64,000 bases of DNA. Source: Dehalococcoidia bacterium. Its GTDB lineage: Bacteria; Chloroflexota; Dehalococcoidia; UBA2979. Position numbers and translations under genes: made by a program. The DNA lies in the NCBI GenBank assembly GCA_965219085.1, contig OZ244720.1, positions 1,376,001 to 1,440,000 on the forward strand, read 5' to 3'. How positions within the stretch are numbered: the stretch's first letter is position 1; each line of letters opens with the position of its first letter. Positions 53,191 to 62,760 of the stretch are shown one piece after another. The notes beneath the pieces are model-generated. The model did no database searches. It was not told the origin of the DNA and was given only the letters and a program-made list of their open reading frames with translations.

Positions 53191-54216
53191 CTACAGTTTG
53201 CCTCGCCGGATCAACTCCTCGGCGATCTGGATGGCGTTGGTGGCCGCGCCCTTGCGCAAATTGTCGGTCACACACCAGAACACCGCCCCGTGTTCGACCG
53301 AGGAATCCTTGCGCAGCCGACCCACGAACGTGCGGTCGTCGCCGGCCGTGTTGAGCGGTGTCGGGTAGCTCGCCGACGCCGGGTCGTCCATCAGCTCGAT
53401 GCCGTCGTGGGCCTCGAGAGCCTCGCGCAAGTCGCCGATGGGCGCGGGGCCGTCGAACTCGACGTGGACGGCCTCCGCGTGGCCGATCATCGTCGGCACG
53501 CGTGCGCAGGTCGACGAGAACGGCAGGTCCGGCAGGTGGAGGATCTTGCGCGTCTCGTTGCGCATCTTCAGTTCCTCGCGGGTGTAGCCGTCCTCCTCGA
53601 AGTCGTCGACGTGGGGCAGCACGTTGAGCGCGATCTGGTGCGGGTACTGCACCGGCGCCGGCAGCTCCTCGCCCCGACCGTAGGCGGCGAGCTGTGCGTC
53701 GAGCTCCGCGGCGGCGGCCGCGCCCGAGCCGGTCACGGCCTGGTAGGTGGCGGCGGTCACGCGCTTGAGCGGGGCGACGGTGCGCATCGCGTGCAGCACG
53801 AGGGCGAGCGGGGTGGTGGTGCAGTTGGGGATCGAGATGATGCCCTCGTGCCATTCGATGTCGTCGCCGTTGACCTCGGGCACGACGAGCGGGACGTTCG
53901 CCTCCATGCGGAACGCGGAGCCGTCGTCGATGAGGATGCCGCCGCCCGCGGCCACCTTCGGCCCCCACATCCTCGAGGCGGCGGCGGTGGCGGAGCAGAA
54001 CACGAGGTCGGCGCCCTCGATGCTCTCTTCGGTGGTCTCCCGGACGGTGATGGTCTGGTCGCGGTAGCGCAGCTGACGCCCTGCGGAGCGGTGGGTGGCG
54101 AGCAGGCGCAGGTTGCTGATCGGCAGGTCGCGTTCGGCGGCGACGGCGAGGAAGACGGCGCCGACGGCGCCGGTCGCGCCGATGACAGCGATGTCGAGTC
54201 CGTTGGTGTTGCTCAT
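53191..54216 (-). CDS. asd: Aspartate-semialdehyde dehydrogenase
   Basis: GATGAVG, PLVVPEVN, PNCTT, DNLRKGAATNA. Confidence 0.96.
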   Translation of the reverse strand: MSNTNGLDIAVIGATGAVGAVFLAVAAERDLPISNLRLLATHRSAGRQLRYRDQTITVRETTEESIEGADLVFCSATAAASRMWGPKVAAGGGILIDDGSAFRMEANVPLVVPEVNGDDIEWHEGIISIPNCTTTPLALVLHAMRTVAPLKRVTAATYQAVTGSGAAAAAELDAQLAAYGRGEELPAPVQYPHQIALNVLPHVDDFEEDGYTREELKMRNETRKILHLPDLPFSSTCARVPTMIGHAEAVHVEFDGPAPIGDLREALEAHDGIELMDDPASASYPTPLNTAGDDRTFVGRLRKDSSVEHGAVFWCVTDNLRKGAATNAIQIAEELIRRGKL

Positions 54217-54255
54217 AGTGGGATCACCGTGCGCCAAGCATCACCCGGACGAACC

Positions 54256-54801
54256 CTACTCGCCAGCGGCGGCTTCGTCGGAGCGCGGCTCTGTCCAGAC
54301 AGTTAGCGTGGGCACCTTCTCGAAGTCGTCGTCCATCGTGACGACGTCGTAGACGCCCGTCGTGCTGGCTATGGCGACGACCAGCGCGTCGTGGGACTTG
54401 AGATCGTAGCGACCCGCGTGCAGGTTCGCCAATCCAAGTACGTCTTCCCCCAACGCTATCTCCCAGCGGTCGAACCCTCCAAGGAACCTTCGCAGGAGTG
54501 CCGATGCGTCTCGGAAGGCGCGTCCGACCCTGTCGCGCTCGTCGCGTCTCCCGCTCGGGAGCGGGAGGGCACCCTTTTGCAAGAGCCGTCTCCAACACTG
54601 CGGCGCCTCGAGGAAGATGAGAGGCGAGACTACGAGCGTCACTCCTCCCATGCGAAGGCGCTCGGCGAACGCCACGCATAGCTCGTGACGACCATCTCCT
54701 TCGAGTGGGTCGATGAGAGCTTCGAATACGAAACTGGAGTCGACGACCACTGTCGGTGGGAGCGGATCATCCTCAAACGCCCGCGGTGTTGCCTGTACCA
54801 C
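54256..54801 (-). CDS. PIN-domain (VapC-like) toxin
   Basis: VVDSS, IFLE, HDALVVA, VTMDDDF acidic tetrad. Confidence 0.85.
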   Translation of the reverse strand: MVQATPRAFEDDPLPPTVVVDSSFVFEALIDPLEGDGRHELCVAFAERLRMGGVTLVVSPLIFLEAPQCWRRLLQKGALPLPSGRRDERDRVGRAFRDASALLRRFLGGFDRWEIALGEDVLGLANLHAGRYDLKSHDALVVAIASTTGVYDVVTMDDDFEKVPTLTVWTEPRSDEAAAGE

Positions 54802-54804
54802 TAC

Positions 54805-54972
54805 CTAACCCACTTTGGAGTCCTTGATGACTTCCCTCAGGTCCTTAACGCGCTTCGCAAGACGAAGAACCGGCAGCGCTCCGTTCTCGGAGTCATCCCG
54901 CTTGTGGAACTTTGCCAAACCCGAGCTTTCGAGTTCGTGCAGCTTCTCTTCCGCTGGTCGCGTTTCCTCCAC
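54805..54972 (-). CDS. 55-aa putative antitoxin (not in the ORF track)
   Basis: GGAGG RBS + GTG; MEETRPAEEKLHELESSGLAKFH...DLREVIKDSKVG; stop 3 nt before the PIN start. Confidence 0.6.
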   Translation of the reverse strand: MEETRPAEEKLHELESSGLAKFHKRDDSENGALPVLRLAKRVKDLREVIKDSKVG

Positions 54973-55266
54973 GATTAGCCCCTCCGGTCAGGATTCTCCA
55001 CCGGGGGGCACTTGCGTGCACAGAGCCCGGCGGATACGCTTAATGCGCATCCGCTTGGGCGGGTTGATCGAATGCATGGCCTCAGCCGCGCCAACGGCGA
55101 ATAGGCCTAGCGGGCTCGACAAAGTTAGAACATCGGCGAGCCCACCGTCTGACACATTGAGTATAAGTGCCTAAGCGTATCTGCCGCTACCGCGGCGATT
55201 CGCGCATCCGCCTCCGGGAATCCAGTTGACCAAAGAGCCACTCATCCGCGCCGTTTAGCGGCGCGC

Positions 55267-55941
55267 CTACGCCCCCGTACCCCGCCCCAGCGTCACCATC
55301 CGCCTGTTCAACTCGAACAGCATCTGTCGTGCCGGGTCGCCCTCCGGGTCGATCAGCACCCCGCCCCACCCCGCGTCCAGCGAGGCGTCGATGTGGCGCT
55401 TGCTGTCGTCGAAGTAGAGGATGCGGCGCTCCTTGAAGCCGGTCGCCGCCATTACGGCCTCGAAGACGGCTCGCTCGGGCTTGATCACGCCGAGCAGGTG
55501 GCTGCCGAAGCGCTGCCCGATGCGACGCACCGACGCGTAGCGCTCCGCTTCGGACTCGTCGAGGAGCTGGCGATGCCAGTGTGACTCGTCGGTGTTTGAC
55601 AGGATCGCCGTCTCGACGTCCGCCGCGTGTACGGCGTCGATGACAGCGCCGACGCCGGGGTACTCGCCGATCAGCCACGCACCGTGGACAGCCTCGACGT
55701 CACTCGGGCTGTAGACACCCCCGGACGCGTCCGCGACGAGGCGGTAGTACTCGGCGACAGCGAGTTCGCCGCGCTGGCGCTGCTCGCTCAACTCGAGCCG
55801 TCGCGGTTCGAAGTCGCGATCGGTGGGCGGATCGCCCGCAAGGCCGACACGCGCATGCCCGTCCGCCCACGAGCTCACCGTCTCGACGAGCACCCCGCTC
55901 AGGTCGAACACGACGAGGTCGTAGGGCTTCGGTAGCCGCAC
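55267..55941 (-). CDS. HAD-family hydrolase
   Basis: FDLSGVL, LSNT, KP...F, FDD motifs. Confidence 0.85.
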   Translation of the reverse strand: MRLPKPYDLVVFDLSGVLVETVSSWADGHARVGLAGDPPTDRDFEPRRLELSEQRQRGELAVAEYYRLVADASGGVYSPSDVEAVHGAWLIGEYPGVGAVIDAVHAADVETAILSNTDESHWHRQLLDESEAERYASVRRIGQRFGSHLLGVIKPERAVFEAVMAATGFKERRILYFDDSKRHIDASLDAGWGGVLIDPEGDPARQMLFELNRRMVTLGRGTGA

Positions 55942-56732
55942 TACGCGAGCCCCATCAGCGCGTCGAGGCCGTATACCAGCCCCTCACGCCCCATCACGTC
56001 GCGCACAGCCAGCAGCACCCCCGGCATGAACGAGTCGCGGCCCGTCGAGTCGTGGCGGAGCGTCAGCGTCTGGCCAAGGCCGCCGAAGATCACCTCCTGG
56101 TGCGCGACGAGGCCCGGCAGCCGCACGGAGTGCAGCCCGACGCCCCCGAACTGCGCGCCGCGCGCGCCCTCGACATGCTCGATCTGTGACTCCGGGTGGG
56201 CGAGGTTCTCGCCGCGCGCCTCGCGAATGAGCTGCGCGGTGGCGACGGCGGTGCCGGATGGCGAGTCGACCTTGCCGTCGTGGTGCAGCTCGATCACCTC
56301 GGCGGCGTCGAAGTGCGGCGCGGCCATCTTCGCGAGGTGCATCAGCACCACAGCGCCGAGCGCGAAGTTGGGGGCGATCACCCCGCCGAGCCCGCGCTCG
56401 GCGAGCCCGGTGCGGGCACGCTCGACCACCGCGTCGGGGATGCTCGACGTGCCGATCACCGGCCGCACGCCGTGCGCGATCGCGGCGTCGAGGAGCGTCG
56501 GGGCGAACGACGCGTTCGTGAAGTCGACGACGACGTCGGGCGTGACCGCCTCGAACAGCGCGGCGGGGTCGGCGCTGGCCGGGTAGACGGCGCCGCTGGC
56601 GGCCGTGATCTCATCACCCTCGACGCCGAGTGGCTCGATGACGCCGACGGGTTCGAGGTCGTCCTGGGCCTCGATCGTCCCGAGGACCTGGCCGCCCATG
56701 TTGCCGCTGCCGCTGACGACGACCCTGATCAC
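55941..56732 (-). CDS. dapB: 4-hydroxy-tetrahydrodipicolinate reductase
   Basis: G.SGNMG, DFT, APNFALG, IELHHDGKVDSPSGTA. Confidence 0.96.
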   Translation of the reverse strand: MIRVVVSGSGNMGGQVLGTIEAQDDLEPVGVIEPLGVEGDEITAASGAVYPASADPAALFEAVTPDVVVDFTNASFAPTLLDAAIAHGVRPVIGTSSIPDAVVERARTGLAERGLGGVIAPNFALGAVVLMHLAKMAAPHFDAAEVIELHHDGKVDSPSGTAVATAQLIREARGENLAHPESQIEHVEGARGAQFGGVGLHSVRLPGLVAHQEVIFGGLGQTLTLRHDSTGRDSFMPGVLLAVRDVMGREGLVYGLDALMGLA

Positions 56733-56871
56733 GGTGCACCCCCTCGCTGCATGACCGCAGACGGAACGACGCCCCGCCCGGTCATCTCTGACCTGCCTTC
56801 CGGCAGTGGGCGTGGCGCCAGTGTACCGGCCCACATCCTGGTAGTGCGGGCCGGGCTACGCGGGGCGAGGG

Positions 56872-59370
56872 CTACCAGCGACGGCCGCCGCCGCCGCCAC
56901 CACCGCCGCCTTCGGGGCGCCCGCCGCCGCCACCGCCGCCTTCGGGCCGCCCGCCACCGCCGCCGCGGCTCTCGCCGTCGGAGCGTGGGCCTCGGCCTCC
57001 GCCGCCACCCCCGCCGCCGCGCGGGCCGCGGTTGTGATCGCCCCCGCCACCGCCGCCGCGCGGGCCGCGGCCTCCACCGCCGCCTCCGCCACCGCCACCG
57101 CGCGGGCCGCCACGTCCTCGACCTCCGCCACCGCCACCACGGGGACCACGGCCACCGCCGCCGCCGCGCGGGCCGCGATCGCCGGCCATGGCAGGCTCGC
57201 GATCCGCGGCCTCGGCTGCCTCGTCGGAGAGACCGACGCGCTCGGAGCCGTCCTCGCCGTCGCGCAGGCGCGTGAGGTTGATGCGCCCGAGGTTGTCGAT
57301 CTCGATGACCCGCACGCGCAGCGTCTCACCCTCGCTGACCTCGTCCTCCACGCGGTTGACGTGGTAGTCGGCGAGGTCGGAGATGTGCACCAGTCCGTCC
57401 TTGCCGGGAAGGATCTCGACGAACGCGCCGAAGTCGAGGATGCGGACCACGGAGCCCTCGTAGATTTCGCCGACCTCGATCTCCTTGGTGAGCCCGCGGA
57501 TCATCTCGATGGCGCGGCGCACGCCATCGGCGTCGGATCCGCTGACCAGCACGACACCGTCGTCCTCGACGTTGATGTTCGCGCCGGTCTCCTCCTGCAT
57601 GGCGTTGATGACGCGGCCACCGGGGCCGATCACCGCGCCGATCTTCTCGCGGTCGATCTGCAGCGCCTCGACGCGCGGAGCGTACGGCGACAGCTCCTCG
57701 CGCGGCTCGGAGATGGCGTCGAGCATGACCTCGAGGATCTGGAGTCGCGCCTGGCGCGCGCGCTCGAACACCGTGTCGAGCAGGCCGTCCGGCAGCGACT
57801 GCAGCTTGATGTCGAGCTGCACGGCGGTGACGCCCTGCTCGGTGCCGGCGACCTTGAAGTCCATGTCGCCGAGACCGTCCTCGACGCCGGCGATGTCGGT
57901 GAGCACGCGGTACTCGTCGCCCTCGCTGGCGGTGATCAGGCCCATCGCCACGCCGGCGACGGGCGCCGTGATCGGCACACCCGCGTCCATCAGCGCGAGG
58001 GTGGAGCCGCAGACCGACCCCATCGAGGTCGAGCCGTTCGACATCAGCGCCTCGGACACGACGCGCAGTGCGTACGGAAAGTCCTCGGCCGGCGGGAGGA
58101 CCGGCAGCAGCGCGCGCTCGGCGAGCAGGCCGTGGCCGATCTCGCGACGGCCGGGGCCGCGCAGCGGCCGCGCCTCGCCAACGGAGAACGGCGGGAAGTT
58201 GTAGTGGTGCATGTAGCGCTTGAACTGCGTCGGCGACAGCGTGTCGAGGCGCTGGCGGTCGGCCAGCGGGCCGAGCGTCGCGACCGACAGGATCTGCGTG
58301 CCTCCGCGGCGGAACAGCCCGGCGCCATGCGCGCGCGGGAGCATGCCCACACGGCTGAACAACGGGCGGATCTCGTCCTCGGCGCGGTCGTCCGGGCGCA
58401 GGTTGTCCTCGACGATGCGACGGCGCACGAGCGCCTTCACCTCGTCCTCGACGCAGGCGCGCACGGCGCGGCGGTCGAGCGAGTCGTCCTCCTCGCCGCC
58501 GAGGCGCTGCCAGACATCGAGCCCGAGCTGGTCGACGCCGCGGAAGCCCTCGTCCTGCACCGCGCCGAGCAGATCGGCGTCGTCGACGCCTTCGAGGTCG
58601 GCGTGGACGCGGGCCTGCAGCTCCCCGTCGGCGGCCGCCGGCTCGTACGGGGTCTTCTCCTCGCCGACCGCGTCGATGACCTCGCGCTGCAGGGCGTTGA
58701 GCTGGGCGATGATGCCCTGTGCATACTCGACGGCCTCGATGACCTCGGCCTCCGGCACCTGGTCGGCCCCGGCCTCGATCATCACGATCGAGTCCTCGGT
58801 GCCCGCGACGATGAGGTCGAGGTCGGACGCCTCGATCTCCTCGTAGGTGGGGAACGCCTTGAACGCGCCATCGACACGGCCGATGCGCACCGACGACACG
58901 GGCCCCTCGAACGGGACGTTCGACATGCCAAGCGTGGTCGAGGCGCCAAGGACGCCGAAGATGTCAGCCGGGTTCTCGCGGTCGGAGGCGAGGGTGAGCA
59001 GCACGAGCTGGATCTCGCGGCGGTAGCCCTTCGGGAAGAGCGGGCGGATCGGCCGGTCGGTCATGCGCGCGGCGAGGGTGGCCTCGTTGCCGGGGCGGCC
59101 CTCGCGGCGGAAGAAGGAGCCGGGGATCTTGCCGATGGCGTACATCCGCTCCTCGAAGTCCACGGTGAGCGGGAAGAAGTCGATGCCCGCGCGCGGCTCG
59201 CCGTCGGTGAGTGTGGCGAGGAGCACGGTGTCGCCGTAGCGCATGGTGCACGCGGCGCTCGAGTTCAGGGCGAGCAGCCCGACGCCGATCTCGAGGGTCT
59301 TACCCTCGATCTCGGTGCTGAAGATCTGCTCCTCGACTTCCATACGCGGCGCCGGGATGGTCTGGGTCAT
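56872..59370 (-). CDS. pnp: Polyribonucleotide nucleotidyltransferase with Gly/Arg-rich tail
   Basis: FFPLTVD, RREGRP, HHYNFPPFSVGE, GDMDFKVAG, KH and S1 domains; AGGAGAGG RBS. Confidence 0.97.
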   Translation of the reverse strand: MTQTIPAPRMEVEEQIFSTEIEGKTLEIGVGLLALNSSAACTMRYGDTVLLATLTDGEPRAGIDFFPLTVDFEERMYAIGKIPGSFFRREGRPGNEATLAARMTDRPIRPLFPKGYRREIQLVLLTLASDRENPADIFGVLGASTTLGMSNVPFEGPVSSVRIGRVDGAFKAFPTYEEIEASDLDLIVAGTEDSIVMIEAGADQVPEAEVIEAVEYAQGIIAQLNALQREVIDAVGEEKTPYEPAAADGELQARVHADLEGVDDADLLGAVQDEGFRGVDQLGLDVWQRLGGEEDDSLDRRAVRACVEDEVKALVRRRIVEDNLRPDDRAEDEIRPLFSRVGMLPRAHGAGLFRRGGTQILSVATLGPLADRQRLDTLSPTQFKRYMHHYNFPPFSVGEARPLRGPGRREIGHGLLAERALLPVLPPAEDFPYALRVVSEALMSNGSTSMGSVCGSTLALMDAGVPITAPVAGVAMGLITASEGDEYRVLTDIAGVEDGLGDMDFKVAGTEQGVTAVQLDIKLQSLPDGLLDTVFERARQARLQILEVMLDAISEPREELSPYAPRVEALQIDREKIGAVIGPGGRVINAMQEETGANINVEDDGVVLVSGSDADGVRRAIEMIRGLTKEIEVGEIYEGSVVRILDFGAFVEILPGKDGLVHISDLADYHVNRVEDEVSEGETLRVRVIEIDNLGRINLTRLRDGEDGSERVGLSDEAAEAADREPAMAGDRGPRGGGGGRGPRGGGGGGRGRGGPRGGGGGGGGGGRGPRGGGGGGDHNRGPRGGGGGGGGRGPRSDGESRGGGGGRPEGGGGGGGRPEGGGGGGGGGRRW

Positions 59371-59638
59371 CGTGGTTGTCGCCTCTCCTGGGTGCGCCCG
59401 GTCATGGGTGCCTGTGTCTGATGCTGGGGGTGGATTGCTGAACGGTGCGGGCCGCCTGGGTGGTTGTGCGGCCCTGTGGTGGGGTGGTCGATGCTGTTCC
59501 TTCGCTCCTCGCGCGCCTATCTGCGCGTACTGCTCCTTGTGCGCCTGCCGGCGCTGTCGCACGCCGATCGCGCGGCGTGCGCATCCGGTTGGGTGTCGCG
59601 CGGTCGGGAGGTACGAGGCGGTGCGGAGCAGCGCGTGG

Positions 59639-59914
59639 TTAGCGGCGCAGTCCGAGCCGTGCGATGAGCGTGCGGTAGCGCTCTACGTCCCTCTTGCTGA
59701 GATAGCGGAGTTGCCGACGGCGGCGGCCGACGAGCTTGAGTAGCCCGCGCCGCGTGTCGTAGTCGTGCGAGTGCTCGCGGAGATGGTCCGTGAGGTGCCG
59801 GATGCGCTCAGTCAGTAGCGCGACCTGCACCTCCGGGGAGCCGGTGTCTCCCTCGTGCGTCTGGTAGTCGTGGACGATCTCTTGACGGCGTTCCGCATTG
59901 ATGAGCGAGGCGAT
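59639..59914 (-). CDS. rpsO: 30S ribosomal protein S15 (probable ATC start)
   Basis: [16 protein letters not shown]...HD...[15 protein letters not shown]...LGLRR; in-frame TAG 6 codons upstream of ATC at 59914; no ATG/GTG/TTG before the conserved core. Confidence 0.95.
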   Translation of the reverse strand: MASLINAERRQEIVHDYQTHEGDTGSPEVQVALLTERIRHLTDHLREHSHDYDTRRGLLKLVGRRRRQLRYLSKRDVERYRTLIARLGLRR

Positions 59915-59929
59915 GCGAGTTGGTCCTGT

Positions 59930-60050
59930 TCCCTATTGCCACCTACACACACTCAGCGCCTTGGTCCTCCCGGGACCGGGCGGTAGCCGCGGGGCCGTTG
60001 CTCGGCGATCCGGCGCGCGCACGCGCCGTGCGGCTACGCGATTACGCTAG
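59930..60050 (-). promoter_or_regulatory. rpsO promoter and structured 5' leader (possible S15 autoregulatory RNA)
   Basis: Extended -10 TGcTAGCGT; GTAGCCGC...GCGGCTAC stem and GGTCC...GGACC stem. Confidence 0.45.
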
Positions 60051-60104
60051 CACAGGGCTCGATGGCGGCCAACCGCGGCAGCCCACGCGATCCTTCGGCT
60101 CTAG

Positions 60105-61280
60105 GGATGGTCTGAACAGGTGGCGTATCGGGCGCGGTGCGGGTCGATCGGCGTACTGCGCTGCGCTGCGGGGGCCGATGCCGCGATTCAGGGGGCGATC
60201 CCGTTCCCATTCCGCTGCGGGCTCGCCTGCGGGAGCGATTCCGGACGCAGCGCTCCCGCGATCACGCGAGCTGAGGCTCAGCTCGCAACAGGTTCGTGAA
60301 ACCGAGCAGCAGCATGAGACGCTGGCGGTTCTTCTCAAGACCCCGGTAGCGGACCTGCGCGTACCCGAAGTGCCGCTTCACGTAGAGAAACGGATGCTCA
60401 GCCTTGGCGCGCACCGAGGCCTTGCGCCGCTCCGCCTGCGCCTCCTCGCCCCCCGGCGCCAGCTGCCGCCTGAGACCCGGACGCATCGCCACCTGCCAGC
60501 TCACCTCCGACCCCGCGTGCTCCGGGCGCTTCTCCACTCCCTGGTAGCCGGCGTCGCCCCACGCCTCCGTCTCGCCGCCGTGCAAGAGGCGATGCGCCTC
60601 GGTCACGTCGGAGACGTTCGCCGCCGTCGTGCTCACGCTGTGGACCAGCCCCGTCCGCGCATCCGTGCCGGTGTGCAGCTTCATCCCGAAGAACTACTGC
60701 CGGCCCTTGCTGGTCTGGTGCATCTCGGGGTCGCGCGCACGCTCGCGGTTCTTCGTCGATGACGGCGCGCTGATGATCGTGGAGTCCACGATCGTGCCCT
60801 CGCGCACCTGCAGACCCTGCCGTGCCAGGTGCGCGTTGATCGTCGCGAACAGCTCCGTTCCCAGCTGATGGCGCTCCAGCAGGTGGCGGAAGTTGAGGAT
60901 CGTCGTCTCATCGGGAATCGGCTCGGAGAGGCTGAGACCGGCGAACTCGAGCATCGAACGGGAGTCGTAGAGTTCCTGCTCCATGCCGGGGTCGCTGAGG
61001 TTGAACCAGAGCTGCAGGCAGTGGATGCGCAGCATCACGCGCAGCGCGTAGGGGCGGCGTCCGCGGCCGCGCTTCGGGTAGACGGGCGCGATGCGCTGCT
61101 CCAGCTCAGCCCAGGGGACGAGCCTGTCCATGCGCTCGAGGAACGTCTGCCGCCTCGTCTTGACCTTCTTGTGCTCGTACTCGACGCTGCCGAACGAACG
61201 CTGCTGCATGGGTCGCCCCTCTCCGGGTCGCCCCATGATCGCATCTGCTCACCCGCTCAGGCGAGTTGTTCAGACCATCC
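60105..61280 (-). mobile_element. IS5-family insertion sequence (1176 bp)
   Basis: Perfect 14-bp TIRs GGATGGTCTGAACA; flanks CTAG / TTAG; IS5-type transposase inside. Confidence 0.93.
60262..61209 (-). pseudogene. IS5 transposase with internal nonsense codon
   Basis: PDETTILNFRH, VDSTII.APSSTKN, GDAGYQG, RAK.EHPF, RYRGL.KN; GRQ-TAG-FFGMK at 60694-60696 where Trp is expected. Confidence 0.9.
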
Positions 61281-61370
61281 TTAGAGGTCATCCTGTACCA
61301 TTCATGAGCCGGGTATGCGTTCGGGTCGCAGCCCGCGAGGCGGTGTCACCACAAGCAAGGCAGATCTCTC

Positions 61371-62201
61371 ATGCCAGCATCCCTCGCTCTCACAATCGAC
61401 GGAGACAGGATCGGTCTCCCCGGTCTAGGCCAAGCCGTCGTTGACTTCTCGGAGCTACTCACCGAGCTCGACGCCGCGCTCTTCCCTCAGGGTCGGGCAA
61501 CGGTTCACTGGGAACTCGCAGCGATCAGTTACTCGAGCCCGGTGCGCATTCTTGCAACGGCCGTCCCTTCCCAGAACGGCGCCGACAGGGCGCCGCAGGT
61601 CGCTGAAGTCTGTATCGCCGGCGCGCGGGCCCTCACTGATGGTGCGCGGCGCCCGCCCGGATTTAGCGATGAAGCCTTACAGCGAATCGGGCGGCTCGGC
61701 GAACTAACCGGCCAGGGTATCCGCACGATACGGATCACCGACGCGATCCACGACGGCCGAGGAGGGGACGACACCCCGCAGGACGCAATCGTAACCGCTG
61801 CTACCGCTGCTAACGCCGCTGCTGTGCTCGCCGAGAGCACAGACACGACCACAGCGGTCGAGCCTTCGGTCTACGGGTCAGTCGAAGGACCCGCCGAGGC
61901 ATTCAACGTGCATGCGGCACCGTTCTTCACAGTGTGGGACCTGCTCACGGGTAAGGCAGTTCAATGCTACTTCGACGCTTCAGACCGCGAGCGCATCGCC
62001 GACATTGTGGCGGAGCGCCGCACTGTGTCCGTGAGCGGGCCCTTGCGCCGGAATCCCGACGGTAGCCTGGGCCGGATTCGCCCGGTGGACGCAATTGAGG
62101 TCATTGATGAACCGCTGCCGGGCGACTGGGCGCCTCCGACGGGCCTCTTCGGTGGCGTCAGCGATACTCAAGCCTACCTGCGGAATATCCGTGGCGAGTG
62201 A
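61371..62201 (+). CDS. Hypothetical protein with antitoxin-like C-terminus
   Basis: 276-aa ORF overlapping the downstream PIN gene; ends DTQAYLRNIRGE. Confidence 0.7.
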   Translation: MPASLALTIDGDRIGLPGLGQAVVDFSELLTELDAALFPQGRATVHWELAAISYSSPVRILATAVPSQNGADRAPQVAEVCIAGARALTDGARRPPGFSDEALQRIGRLGELTGQGIRTIRITDAIHDGRGGDDTPQDAIVTAATAANAAAVLAESTDTTTAVEPSVYGSVEGPAEAFNVHAAPFFTVWDLLTGKAVQCYFDASDRERIADIVAERRTVSVSGPLRRNPDGSLGRIRPVDAIEVIDEPLPGDWAPPTGLFGGVSDTQAYLRNIRGE

Positions 62202-62715
62202 CGCGGCCGCCAGTTCCTCGGGCCCGCCCGGCGAGACGAATCCCGACTTCGTCTACCTCGACTCGAACTTCTATCTCGACTATCTGATCGGCGACAGGCC
62301 ATACGGTGATGCTTTGAACTCAATCATCGAGGCTTGGCGCAGCGGGGAGCTTCGTGTGGCCACGTCGGCTCTCACCCTTACTGAGGTGCTGTACTTGCGG
62401 CGCGTCGACGGAGGGCCGCGCCGTCGTCTCGCTCCCCAGGACGAGCCCCGCGTAATCGACTTGTTTCGGCCTGTTCCGCCGCGCAGATTCCTGCTCGTCG
62501 AGGTCACGCGAAGAGTAGCGGAGCAAGCACGGGAACTCGTCTGGGACCTCGGCATCGAGCCAAAGGACGCTATCCACGTTGCTTCTGCCCTACTCGTGGG
62601 GGCGCCGACGATGTTTACATCGGACGACGGTCTACTCGACAAGCACGCTGGTGGCGATCCTCCGTTGCGGATGGATCGGCCCCACTGGACCACGCAGACG
62701 TCGTTCCTCGGCTGA
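62191..62715 (+). CDS. PIN-domain (VapC-like) protein
   Basis: YLDSN, LTLTEV, KDAIHVASA, FTSD. Confidence 0.88.
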   Translation: MASDAAASSSGPPGETNPDFVYLDSNFYLDYLIGDRPYGDALNSIIEAWRSGELRVATSALTLTEVLYLRRVDGGPRRRLAPQDEPRVIDLFRPVPPRRFLLVEVTRRVAEQARELVWDLGIEPKDAIHVASALLVGAPTMFTSDDGLLDKHAGGDPPLRMDRPHWTTQTSFLG

Positions 62716-62760
62716 GAGCGTTGGAGCCATCCGGTTCGAGGCTTGGGCGTAGCGCTTGCG

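Noticed and set aside
57034-59421. 795-aa ORF antisense to pnp, and similar long antisense or alternate-frame ORFs over dnaE, pyrG, purA and thiolase
   Set aside because: Expected from stop-codon scarcity at high GC; they fully overlap well-supported genes
59371-59638. Long rpsO-pnp intergenic region as a novel ncRNA
   Set aside because: A structured rpsO-pnp spacer used for RNA processing is commonplace; no distinctive motif was recognised
60694-60696. In-frame TAG in the transposase as recoding (pyrrolysine or read-through)
   Set aside because: The position is a conserved Trp (TGG to TAG transition), and TAG is used as a normal stop throughout the window
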